Below, in pieces: positions 8,747-15,899 of a DNA stretch of 51,210 nt. This DNA comes from an uncultured Alphaproteobacteria bacterium (lineage in GTDB: Bacteria > Pseudomonadota > Alphaproteobacteria > RF32 > CAG-239): contig CAJOLB010000005.1 in NCBI GenBank assembly GCA_905235385.1, forward strand, positions 1 through 51,210, read 5' to 3'. Position 1 is the stretch's first letter; the number at the start of each line of letters is the position of its first letter. The position numbers and the translations under genes were made by a program. The notes under the pieces were generated by a model. It was not told the origin of the DNA. It ran no database searches and saw only the letters and a program-made list of their open reading frames with translations.

Positions 8747-8813
8747 GGCGCGCCGTGGTGAGAAGGTACTTAATGTACCTTCGAGGCGCAAGCGGAGCCG
8801 ATTTGTTAACGGC
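8735..8813 (-). other. 79 nt tRNA-sized unit ending in the genuine tRNA-Thr acceptor 3' strand plus CCA (tRNA-like pseudogene or ncRNA)
   Basis: Minus-strand sequence is GCCGTTA...CTGTCGGCACCA. 5' GCCGTTA can pair with TGTCGGC (6 of 7 positions including one G-U). Internal 8 bp hairpin GAAGGTAC/GTACCTTC enclosed by GCGCC/GGCGC. No cloverleaf. Confidence 0.3.
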
Positions 8814-8820
8814 CAAACAA

Positions 8821-8878
8821 GCGACAGCGCAGATTGGGCGTGTTACAAATCAAGATTCAAGTCTCAAAGGAGATACCG
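8821..8878 (+). pseudogene. inverted degenerate copy of tRNA-Thr, convergent with the real gene
   Basis: Plus strand GCGACAGCGCAGATTGGG resembles GCCGACATAGCTCAGTTGGT. GATTCAAGTCTC resembles the T-arm GAGTTCAAGTCTC. Does not fold as a tRNA. Confidence 0.45.
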
Positions 8879-8882
8879 TTAA

Positions 8883-8911
8883 AAAAACCGCCATAAAGGC
8901 GGGTTTTTTAA
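8883..8911. terminator. bidirectional terminator downstream of tRNA-Thr
   Basis: Stem CCGCC (8888-8892) / GGCGG (8898-8902) flanked by A- and T-runs. A second identical copy lies at 8706-8732. Confidence 0.75.
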
Positions 8912-8987
8912 TGGTGCCGACAGAGAGACTTGAACTCCCGACCCACTGATTACAAATCAGTTGCTCTACCAACTGAGCTATGTCGGC
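8912..8987 (-). tRNA. tRNA-Thr (anticodon UGU), CCA encoded
   Basis: Reverse complement GCCGACATAGCTCAGTTGGTAGAGCAACTGATTTGTAATCAGTGGGTCGGGAGTTCAAGTCTCTCTGTCGGCACCA folds as a cloverleaf. Anticodon loop TTTGTAA. Confidence 0.9.
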
Positions 8988-9067
8988 TTGTAACTTGTGA
9001 TAGCTATATAAAGGACTTTTTTTTTAATGTCAATAAAATATTTTAAATTCGGTGAAAAATTTTTCAA

Positions 9068-9095
9068 TTGACAATATCTCATACAAATGTATATT
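9068..9095 (+). promoter_or_regulatory. sigma70-like promoter TTGACA-N16-TATATT
   Basis: TTGACA 9068-9073 and TATATT 9090-9095. Same architecture as the rpmG promoter. The ORF-track ATG at 9087 lies inside the spacer. Confidence 0.5.
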
Positions 9096-9143
9096 GGACA
9101 GCAGTTATACTACTATTATGAAAACAACCAAAATCCATTTATT

Positions 9144-9842
9144 ATGAATAAAACTATTATTCCGCAAAATGGTGTTTACGCCTTTTCATTTAAGGCAATA
9201 ACACGCCTTAAAGGTTCGCCGAACACGCTCATCGGTCGAAACATCTGCTGTTTATGGTCCTCCGAAAAAGAGAACTTCATGATCAAAAAACTCTTGGAGA
9301 AAGTGAGAAAACCTTCTTCTTATGAAGCCATGCAGTTCGAAAAAACGTTCCGAATTTATCTTGAAGACGGCGTTTGTTGGCTTTACAACGAAAAAACGAA
9401 TTTCAAGACCGAAGTTTTTAACATCGGAACAAAAAACACGCCGGCTTTCTTTTTCGGACGATTCTTGTTCGTATTTGACCCGAAAAGAGCGGCTTTCTGT
9501 CCTGTCGATTTGAAAATCGTGTTCTTCAACCAAAATTACACCCTTATCATCCTGCCCCAAAATCTTCTCGTCGCATACGACGTCAAAGGGTTCCACGGAC
9601 TGGGAAATTTCGTATCCGTCACGTCTGTACCGAACGGCTACATTTTAGCCACGGATCTGTCGGACACCAAGCAGGGTGTTTATGCCTTAACGGACAAATT
9701 CCAGCTCCTCTTCGAAACAAAAGAGTGTTCAAAGTTTTCCGTTTTCAGCCAATATGGCATCGTGAGCCATGAATATGCTGACGGCTCCAGCTACACCATT
9801 GATCAATACGTTCCTTCAAAAGACGGCTATGTATTAGAGTAA
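9144..9842 (+). CDS. hypothetical protein, start uncertain
   Basis: ORF 9087-9842. The first ATG lies inside the predicted promoter, so the start is more likely 9144 (MNKT) or 9279 (MIKKLLEK, weak AAAGAG RBS). No recognisable domain. Confidence 0.45.
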   Translation: MNKTIIPQNGVYAFSFKAITRLKGSPNTLIGRNICCLWSSEKENFMIKKLLEKVRKPSSYEAMQFEKTFRIYLEDGVCWLYNEKTNFKTEVFNIGTKNTPAFFFGRFLFVFDPKRAAFCPVDLKIVFFNQNYTLIILPQNLLVAYDVKGFHGLGNFVSVTSVPNGYILATDLSDTKQGVYALTDKFQLLFETKECSKFSVFSQYGIVSHEYADGSSYTIDQYVPSKDGYVLE

Positions 9843-9845
9843 GAA

Positions 9846-9882
9846 CAAACCCCCGAAACTTTCTTCGGGGGTTGTTTTTTTT
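9846..9882 (+). terminator. rho-independent terminator
   Basis: Stem AACCCCCGAA (9848-9857) / TTCGGGGGTT (9864-9873) followed by a T-run. Confidence 0.8.
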
Positions 9883-9917
9883 AATCTTAATTTTATATCA
9901 AAAGCGGGAGAGAAAAA

Positions 9918-10847
9918 ATGGCGCAATATGTGGCAAAAATCATTGTTTTAGGTTCCGGACCTGCCGGATACACGGCTGCAATTTATGCGGCAAGGGCAGG
10001 GCTTAATCCTTGTTTGATTTCAGGTTTTGATATTGGCGGACAATTAACAATGACAACAAATGTCGAAAATTTTCCGGGTTTTCCGTCACCCGTGTCCGGA
10101 ACATTTTTAACGGACAACATGAAACAACAAGCCGTAAATGTCGGTGTAACAATCATCAATGATAAAATAAACGGCGTGGATTTAAGCCGAAAACCTTTTA
10201 TTTTAAGCTCGGAAAACGGAAACTGTTTTCAAACAAACAGTTTAATTATTGCAACAGGCGCATCGGCAAAATGGCTCGATTATGACGCCCATAAAAAATT
10301 TATCGGAAAAGGGTTGTCAACTTGTGCAACTTGTGACGGCTTTTTTTATAAAAACAAAATTGTCGCCGTTATCGGCGGCGGAAATGCAGCCGCTGAAGAA
10401 GCTCTGTATTTAACCAATTTTGCATCAAAAGTGATTTTGGTTCACAGGCGAGACGAATTAAGAGCGGAAAAAATATTACAAGAACGGCTATTGAAAAATC
10501 CTAAAATAGAAATTGCATTCAATAACGTTGTTTATGAAATTTTAGGAGAAAATGAGGTTAACGGCGTAAGGATCAAAAATGTGATTACCGACGAACTTAA
10601 AAATATCAGGCTTGACGGAATATTTTTAGCCATCGGCTACAAGCCTAATTCTGAAATTTTCAAAAAATATCTGAACCTTGACGAAGACGGATATATTTTA
10701 ACAAAGCCCGATTCGTGCGCTACAAATATTGAGGGGGTATTCGCTTGCGGCGATATTAAACACGGCTCATTCAAGCAAGCGGTTATTGCATCAGGAAGCG
10801 GGGCACAGGCAGCTATTCAGGCGGAAAAATATTTAAGTTCTTTATGA
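9918..10847 (+). CDS. trxB: thioredoxin-disulfide reductase
   Basis: 309 aa. GSGPAGYTAAIYAARA FAD motif, redox CATCDG, GGGNAAAEEA NADPH motif. Confidence 0.9.
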   Translation: MAQYVAKIIVLGSGPAGYTAAIYAARAGLNPCLISGFDIGGQLTMTTNVENFPGFPSPVSGTFLTDNMKQQAVNVGVTIINDKINGVDLSRKPFILSSENGNCFQTNSLIIATGASAKWLDYDAHKKFIGKGLSTCATCDGFFYKNKIVAVIGGGNAAAEEALYLTNFASKVILVHRRDELRAEKILQERLLKNPKIEIAFNNVVYEILGENEVNGVRIKNVITDELKNIRLDGIFLAIGYKPNSEIFKKYLNLDEDGYILTKPDSCATNIEGVFACGDIKHGSFKQAVIASGSGAQAAIQAEKYLSSL

Positions 10848-10905
10848 GAAAAATTTTTATTTACAAAACCCGCAAAAATATATACACTTTTTGCGGAGGT
10901 TTTTT

Positions 10906-11478
10906 ATGTACAATGATCATTTTGTTTCAAAGCTTTATAAAGCCTTAAATTTTGCCCTCAAATATCACGGTGAGGTTTTACAGGTCAGAAAATCAACTTA
11001 TATTCCTTATATCGTTCATCCTGTCGGTGTGATGCAGATTTTAACAGAATACACAGATGATTTCGAAATCATTCAGGCGGGTATTTTACACGATATTTTG
11101 GAAGACACAAAAGGAACTGCTCAAGATATCGAACAAAATTTTGGAAAACGGGTAAAAAATCTCGTTATCGGTGCAACAGAACCCGAACACGACAATCTTT
11201 CTTGGAAAGAGAGAAAAACACACACAATCAATTATATCAAAAACGATGCGGATAAAGACACGCTCTTTGTAATCTGCGCGGACAAATTGCACAACTTAAA
11301 CTCAATCATAGATGATTATCAAAAAACAGGCGAGGCGGTTTGGCAGAGATTTAACCGCGGAAAAGATGATCAAAAATGGTATTATAAAAGTATGGCTGAT
11401 GCTTTTTTCAAAAGAGATTCTCAAAATAAATTATTCTTAAAATTTTATAACACGGTCCAATCTTTTTTTAACGACTGA
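10906..11478 (+). CDS. HD-domain protein, RelA/SpoT-type (p)ppGpp hydrolase-like
   Basis: ATG at 10906 follows GGAGG. HPVGVMQIL...GILHDILEDT matches the SpoT hydrolase-domain signature. No synthetase domain. Confidence 0.7.
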   Translation: MYNDHFVSKLYKALNFALKYHGEVLQVRKSTYIPYIVHPVGVMQILTEYTDDFEIIQAGILHDILEDTKGTAQDIEQNFGKRVKNLVIGATEPEHDNLSWKERKTHTINYIKNDADKDTLFVICADKLHNLNSIIDDYQKTGEAVWQRFNRGKDDQKWYYKSMADAFFKRDSQNKLFLKFYNTVQSFFND

Positions 11479-11484
11479 TGAACA

Positions 11485-13566
11485 ATGCGTCCTGAAATCT
11501 TAAACCCGCTTTTTTGTTCGATTGATACCTTAAAAGGTATCGGTTCACGCTATTTTAAGCTCGTGTCAAACCTAATCGGCGGTGCAAAAATTTCAGACCT
11601 TCTTTTTCATCTGCCTTATAATTTAATCGATCGAACATATTCTTGCCAAATCAATAAAATCGAAACCGGAAAAATTTGGACCGGACTTGTAACCATCAAT
11701 GAACATATTGAGCCTAAAACAAAAAAACAACCTTATCGTATTATTTGTTCTGACGAGACCGGCGATATCATCTTAAATTTTTTCAAATATTACAAAGATT
11801 CCTTAAAAAAACAGCTCCCTGTCTGTTCAAAAAAAATCATCAGCGGTAAAACCGAATTTTTCAACGGACAAATTCAAATCAGCCACCCTGATTATATATC
11901 AGACCAATCAAATGCCGATTTTATAAAAACGATAGAACCTGTCTATCCCCTAACGTCCGGTGTCAGTAATAAAATGATGAGAACACTTATGTATCAGGCT
12001 CTATTAAAGCTTCCGGATTTTGATGAATGGCTTGATGAAAAGTTCAAAAAAGAACAAAACTTTTTAACATTTAAAGAAAGTTTGATGAAAGTTCATAACC
12101 CTGTTAGCGCAGATGATTTAAATCCAACATCAAAGGTAAGACAGCGCTTGGCATATGATGAACTTTTAGCAAATCAATTAACCTTGTCTTTAGCTAGACG
12201 TTATCATAAGAAAAAAGAAGGACGCAGCATCTGCTCAAAAGGTTTATTAAAAGAAAAATTACTTAAAATTTTAGGTTTTGAACTCACTTCAGCGCAACAA
12301 AAGGTTTTGAAAGATATCTTTAATGACCAAAAATCAAACTACCAAGGATTAAGACTTATTCAAGGTGATGTCGGTTCCGGAAAAACCGTTGTGGCTATGA
12401 TTTCTATGTTAAATGCTGTCGAAGCAGGTTATCAGGCGGCTTTAATGGCACCGACCGAAATTCTTGCAAAACAACACCTTGAAACGATTGGTGCATGGGC
12501 AGAGCAAATAGGTATTAAAGTTGAACTGCTGACAAGCAAAATTAAAGGCAAAAAACGCACTGAAATCTTAGAAAAACTCAAAAACGGTCAAACAGATATT
12601 TTAATCGGCACGCACGCCTTGTTTACAGATGAAGTTATATTTAAAGATTTGGCCTTTATTGTTGTTGATGAACAACACAGGTTCGGTGTTGAGCAACGCT
12701 TAAAATTAAGCCAAAAAGGCAACAAGCCCGATATTGTGGTTATGACGGCAACCCCTATTCCGAGAACGCTTGTATTAACACGATTCGGAGATATGGATTA
12801 TTCAAAAATCGACGAGCTTCCGAAAGGAAGAAAACCAGTCATAACAAAAGTTATGCCGGTTTCAAAAACAACTGATGTTGTCAGAGCCTTAAAACGAAAA
12901 ATTGAAAACGGTGCAAGAGCATATTGGGTTTGTCCTTTAATTGAAGAAAGTGAAAAATCAGACTTGGCTGCCGCAATAGCTCGATTTGAAGATTTACAAA
13001 AACACTTCGGCGATATTGTCGGACTTGTTCATGGAAAAATGAAAGAAGACCAAAAAGATGCCGTTATGGAAAAATTTAAAAACGGCGAAATTAAAATCTT
13101 GGTTGCAACAACTGTTATTGAAGTCGGTGTGAATATCAGGCAAGCAACACTCATGATTATTGAACGCGCCGAAAGGTTTGGTCTTTCACAGTTACATCAA
13201 CTGCGCGGACGAATAAAACGCGGATATGAAGAAGGTGTTTGTTTGCTGCTTTACGGTTATCCGTTAAGTCAAACCGCACATGAGAGATTGAATGTAATGA
13301 AAGAAAGCGAAGATGGTTTTTATTTGGCTGAAAAAGATCTGGATTTGAGAGGCGGAGGCGAAATTTTGGGAACCAAACAATCCGGCTTTGAAGAATTTAA
13401 GCTCGCAAATCTTGAATTTCATAAAAACCTGCTTTTAACAGCTTATAAAGATGCTGAACTGATTTTAGCAAAAGATCCCGAACTCAAATCAAAAAGAGGT
13501 CAAGCTTTAAAAGTTTTGCTTTATCTTTTTGAGCAAGACAGTGCTTTTTTAACATATAAAGCTTAA
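11485..13566 (+). CDS. recG: ATP-dependent DNA helicase RecG
   Basis: 693 aa. GDVGSGKTVVA Walker A, DEQHRFG, C-terminal RGRIKRG. N-terminal wedge domain length is appropriate. Confidence 0.9.
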   Translation: MRPEILNPLFCSIDTLKGIGSRYFKLVSNLIGGAKISDLLFHLPYNLIDRTYSCQINKIETGKIWTGLVTINEHIEPKTKKQPYRIICSDETGDIILNFFKYYKDSLKKQLPVCSKKIISGKTEFFNGQIQISHPDYISDQSNADFIKTIEPVYPLTSGVSNKMMRTLMYQALLKLPDFDEWLDEKFKKEQNFLTFKESLMKVHNPVSADDLNPTSKVRQRLAYDELLANQLTLSLARRYHKKKEGRSICSKGLLKEKLLKILGFELTSAQQKVLKDIFNDQKSNYQGLRLIQGDVGSGKTVVAMISMLNAVEAGYQAALMAPTEILAKQHLETIGAWAEQIGIKVELLTSKIKGKKRTEILEKLKNGQTDILIGTHALFTDEVIFKDLAFIVVDEQHRFGVEQRLKLSQKGNKPDIVVMTATPIPRTLVLTRFGDMDYSKIDELPKGRKPVITKVMPVSKTTDVVRALKRKIENGARAYWVCPLIEESEKSDLAAAIARFEDLQKHFGDIVGLVHGKMKEDQKDAVMEKFKNGEIKILVATTVIEVGVNIRQATLMIIERAERFGLSQLHQLRGRIKRGYEEGVCLLLYGYPLSQTAHERLNVMKESEDGFYLAEKDLDLRGGGEILGTKQSGFEEFKLANLEFHKNLLLTAYKDAELILAKDPELKSKRGQALKVLLYLFEQDSAFLTYKA

Positions 13567-13601
13567 AAAAGACGCGAAAAGAGCGGTATTGTTAATCTTC
13601 T

Positions 13602-14174
13602 TTATATAAAATAAACAAATACAAAAACAAAGATTGAGATATAAAACAAAACACCTAACGGATAAGAAAAAGCAACCTTAAAATCCGTTGATGAGGGAAG
13701 GGAATTTTCAATAATAATCGTCTGTAAAAAAACATACAAAACGTAATTGATATAATTGATTTCAATATGAGAAAAAAACCAGCGATTAAAATAATAACCG
13801 ACAAAAAGCAATAAAAACGGCGCAAGCGCAGACGGTAATGCGTTATAAAAACGAACGTTTCGAAAACCGACGCTGCCCATCACATAATACTCCCCTTCTT
13901 TTTTGGGAAACAGATTAAAACGAGTCGGGTGAGCATTAAAAAATAAACCAACGATAAAATGCGACATTTCATGTAAAAAAGTTCCGGGAATGTTAACAAG
14001 CGAACTCATATAAATATTGGAATATGTCTGATATTTTAATTTAAGCAAAACAATCACCAGAAAAATCATCAAAAAGCGATTCGAAACAAATATTCTGAGC
14101 GTTTCTGGATTGTTTAAAAAATTAACAAATCTATCTATCAAAAGTACAATAAAATCCATAGATATTCCTTTCAA
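13602..14174 (-). CDS. polytopic membrane protein with HExxH motif (putative membrane zinc metallopeptidase)
   Basis: 190 aa. FLHEMSHFIVG lies between hydrophobic segments. Confidence 0.55.
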   Translation of the reverse strand: MKGISMDFIVLLIDRFVNFLNNPETLRIFVSNRFLMIFLVIVLLKLKYQTYSNIYMSSLVNIPGTFLHEMSHFIVGLFFNAHPTRFNLFPKKEGEYYVMGSVGFRNVRFYNALPSALAPFLLLFVGYYFNRWFFSHIEINYINYVLYVFLQTIIIENSLPSSTDFKVAFSYPLGVLFYISIFVFVFVYFI

Positions 14175-14249
14175 GAAAATATTCTTTCATAAACAAATTA
14201 AAATTTGGATAAAAACAGCTTTTGAATTTTTTTATTTTATCAAAAAATT

Positions 14250-14368
14250 CGTATAACAGGTCAGACAGGTCAGATAAGTTCAAAATAAAGAAAAGTACCG
14301 CAGCGTACAAAGAGGTACGTGAGGACACTTTTGACCTGTAATTTTGGGCTTAGATGACCTGTTATACG
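14250..14368 (+). repeat. structured palindromic repeat, copy 2, with 14 bp perfect terminal inverted repeats, overlapping the TetR stop codon
   Basis: Left end CGTATAACAGGTCA (14250-14263) is the exact reverse complement of the right end TGACCTGTTATACG (14355-14368). The core matches 2390-2495. Confidence 0.85.
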
Positions 14369-14955
14369 AGTTTTTCTAAAACTTTAATACCTGTCAAATA
14401 CGTATTAAGTAAAAACTTGCATATTTTTGTTTGTTCAACTTTGCTGTAGGATTCAAGCGACGAGGTTGTTAAAAGTGAACTGACACCGAAAAGACAAATC
14501 CATAAAACCTGAACACTGACATGGCGTTTGTCCGATTTTAAGAGGGGATAAAGCTCCTTAAAAGATTTTTCAATAAGCATAACCATTGTGGAAATACGCC
14601 TCAAATATGTGATTGAAAAAGTGCGCTCGCTTTGCTTGAGGTGAAAATTAAACACCATAAACCAAAAATTTCGATTCTCCATAACAAATTCGGCAAAAAC
14701 AGAAGCATACATATTAAGCCTTTCATAAGCTGAATCTGTTTTAACCTTTAAAAATCGATGGTAGAGTGAATCTAAAGTCAGATAATTTTGAATTAATATA
14801 AAATTATCCATATTTCCGAACTGATTATAAATCGTTCCGACAGAATATCCCGAAGCCTCGGAAAGCTTTCGTGCCGTTAAAAATTCAACACCTTTTTCTT
14901 TGATAATCGTTCGGCCGGTGTTGATTAAATTTTCTTGTATATAATCTCTTGCCAT
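14362..14955 (-). CDS. TetR/AcrR family transcriptional regulator
   Basis: 197 aa. N-terminal HTH FLTARKLSEASGYSVGTIYNQFGN is typical of TetR. Confidence 0.8.
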   Translation of the reverse strand: MARDYIQENLINTGRTIIKEKGVEFLTARKLSEASGYSVGTIYNQFGNMDNFILIQNYLTLDSLYHRFLKVKTDSAYERLNMYASVFAEFVMENRNFWFMVFNFHLKQSERTFSITYLRRISTMVMLIEKSFKELYPLLKSDKRHVSVQVLWICLFGVSSLLTTSSLESYSKVEQTKICKFLLNTYLTGIKVLEKLV

Positions 14956-15017
14956 TTTAAAAAATCTTATCTTAAAATTAAGAATTATTGTTTATATATA
15001 TTCATATACACAAAAAA

Positions 15018-15030
15018 TGAACGGTGTTCA
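15018..15030. promoter_or_regulatory. candidate operator palindrome TGAAC-N3-GTTCA in the TetR divergent intergenic region
   Basis: TGAACGGTGTTCA flanked by A- and T-runs, between the TetR gene and 15063 ORF. Confidence 0.25.
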
Positions 15031-15062
15031 ATTTTTTTCTTTAAAGTATTGGAGAAAATTTT

Positions 15063-15899
15063 ATGAAAAAAGTATTTTTAAGTATTTTAAGCCTGTTTTT
15101 AACCTTAAACCACAACGCAAAAGCTGATGATGATTTTTTTGATAACCTCATCGTTGATGACGAATTAAAACAAAAAATTGAACAAAAAGATGCTATTGAA
15201 GAAGGAAAAAACAAAGCAAGCGAAATTTTAGACAGCAAGCCGATAAAACTCCAAATAGACGATAATTTAAAAATGAAAATGGAAGAATTGAATGTTGAAC
15301 AAGTCGCCCCTGTTGTCAGAGAACCGGCTCCGTTCGGATTAAAATGGCTTGCAACAAAAAAAGAAATTGAATATCAACACGTCAGATTAAACAAAGCACA
15401 AGTCAAAGATTCGCCGAACAGTTATATAGCTGACAACTTGCCAAAACCGGTTAAGGCTTTCAGAGAAGTTTTATTAAGTTTTGGCGACAATGATGCATTA
15501 TGGCGTATTGCTGCTTACGGAAATTTTATGGAAGATGATTCATCGGCAACAAAAGGTTTGGAGCAATACAAAAAATTTTATGAAATGCTAAATGATAAAT
15601 ACGGCAACGCTGAAGAGTTTTATACACCCGCCGTTGTCAGTGTTGAAGAAGAAATAACCTTAGATGACGGCACAAAATCACGCTCAATCAAACAAAAAGT
15701 TTTAGAAATGGGCGACCCCGGTTTTAAAGAAAAATTGATGAACGGACAATCAACCCTTTATTCGACTTTTGAAAACGACACAATCGGTGTAACTTTAGCA
15801 CTTTTGGCTGACGGAAACGGCCAAACATATGTTATCATCGACTATAAAAATCTTAAAATTGATGAGGTTGAAAAACAAGAAATATATGAGGCCCTTTAA
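15063..15899 (+). CDS. secreted hypothetical protein
   Basis: 278 aa with signal peptide MKKVFLSILSLFLTLNHNAKA. Its stop shares one nucleotide with the next ATG (TAATG). Confidence 0.6.
   Translation: MKKVFLSILSLFLTLNHNAKADDDFFDNLIVDDELKQKIEQKDAIEEGKNKASEILDSKPIKLQIDDNLKMKMEELNVEQVAPVVREPAPFGLKWLATKKEIEYQHVRLNKAQVKDSPNSYIADNLPKPVKAFREVLLSFGDNDALWRIAAYGNFMEDDSSATKGLEQYKKFYEMLNDKYGNAEEFYTPAVVSVEEEITLDDGTKSRSIKQKVLEMGDPGFKEKLMNGQSTLYSTFENDTIGVTLALLADGNGQTYVIIDYKNLKIDEVEKQEIYEAL

Noticed and set aside
8747-8882. GC-rich insert between the tRNA-Thr repeats interpreted as foreign (horizontally acquired) DNA, or as SRP, 6S or tmRNA.
   Set aside because: Its GC-richness is explained by derivation from tRNA sequence (an inverted pseudo-tRNA plus a tRNA-like unit). 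I could not find SRP, tmRNA or RNase P signature motifs in it.
8734-8949. 71 aa plus-strand ORF spanning the tRNA-Thr repeats and part of the tRNA gene.
   Set aside because: It is built from terminator and tRNA-derived sequence and runs antisense into the tRNA gene. It has no RBS. It is almost certainly non-coding.
14131-14328. 65 aa ORF on the minus strand upstream of the membrane HExxH protein gene.
   Set aside because: It lies across the structured palindromic repeat and overlaps the start of the 13602-14174 gene. It has no RBS.
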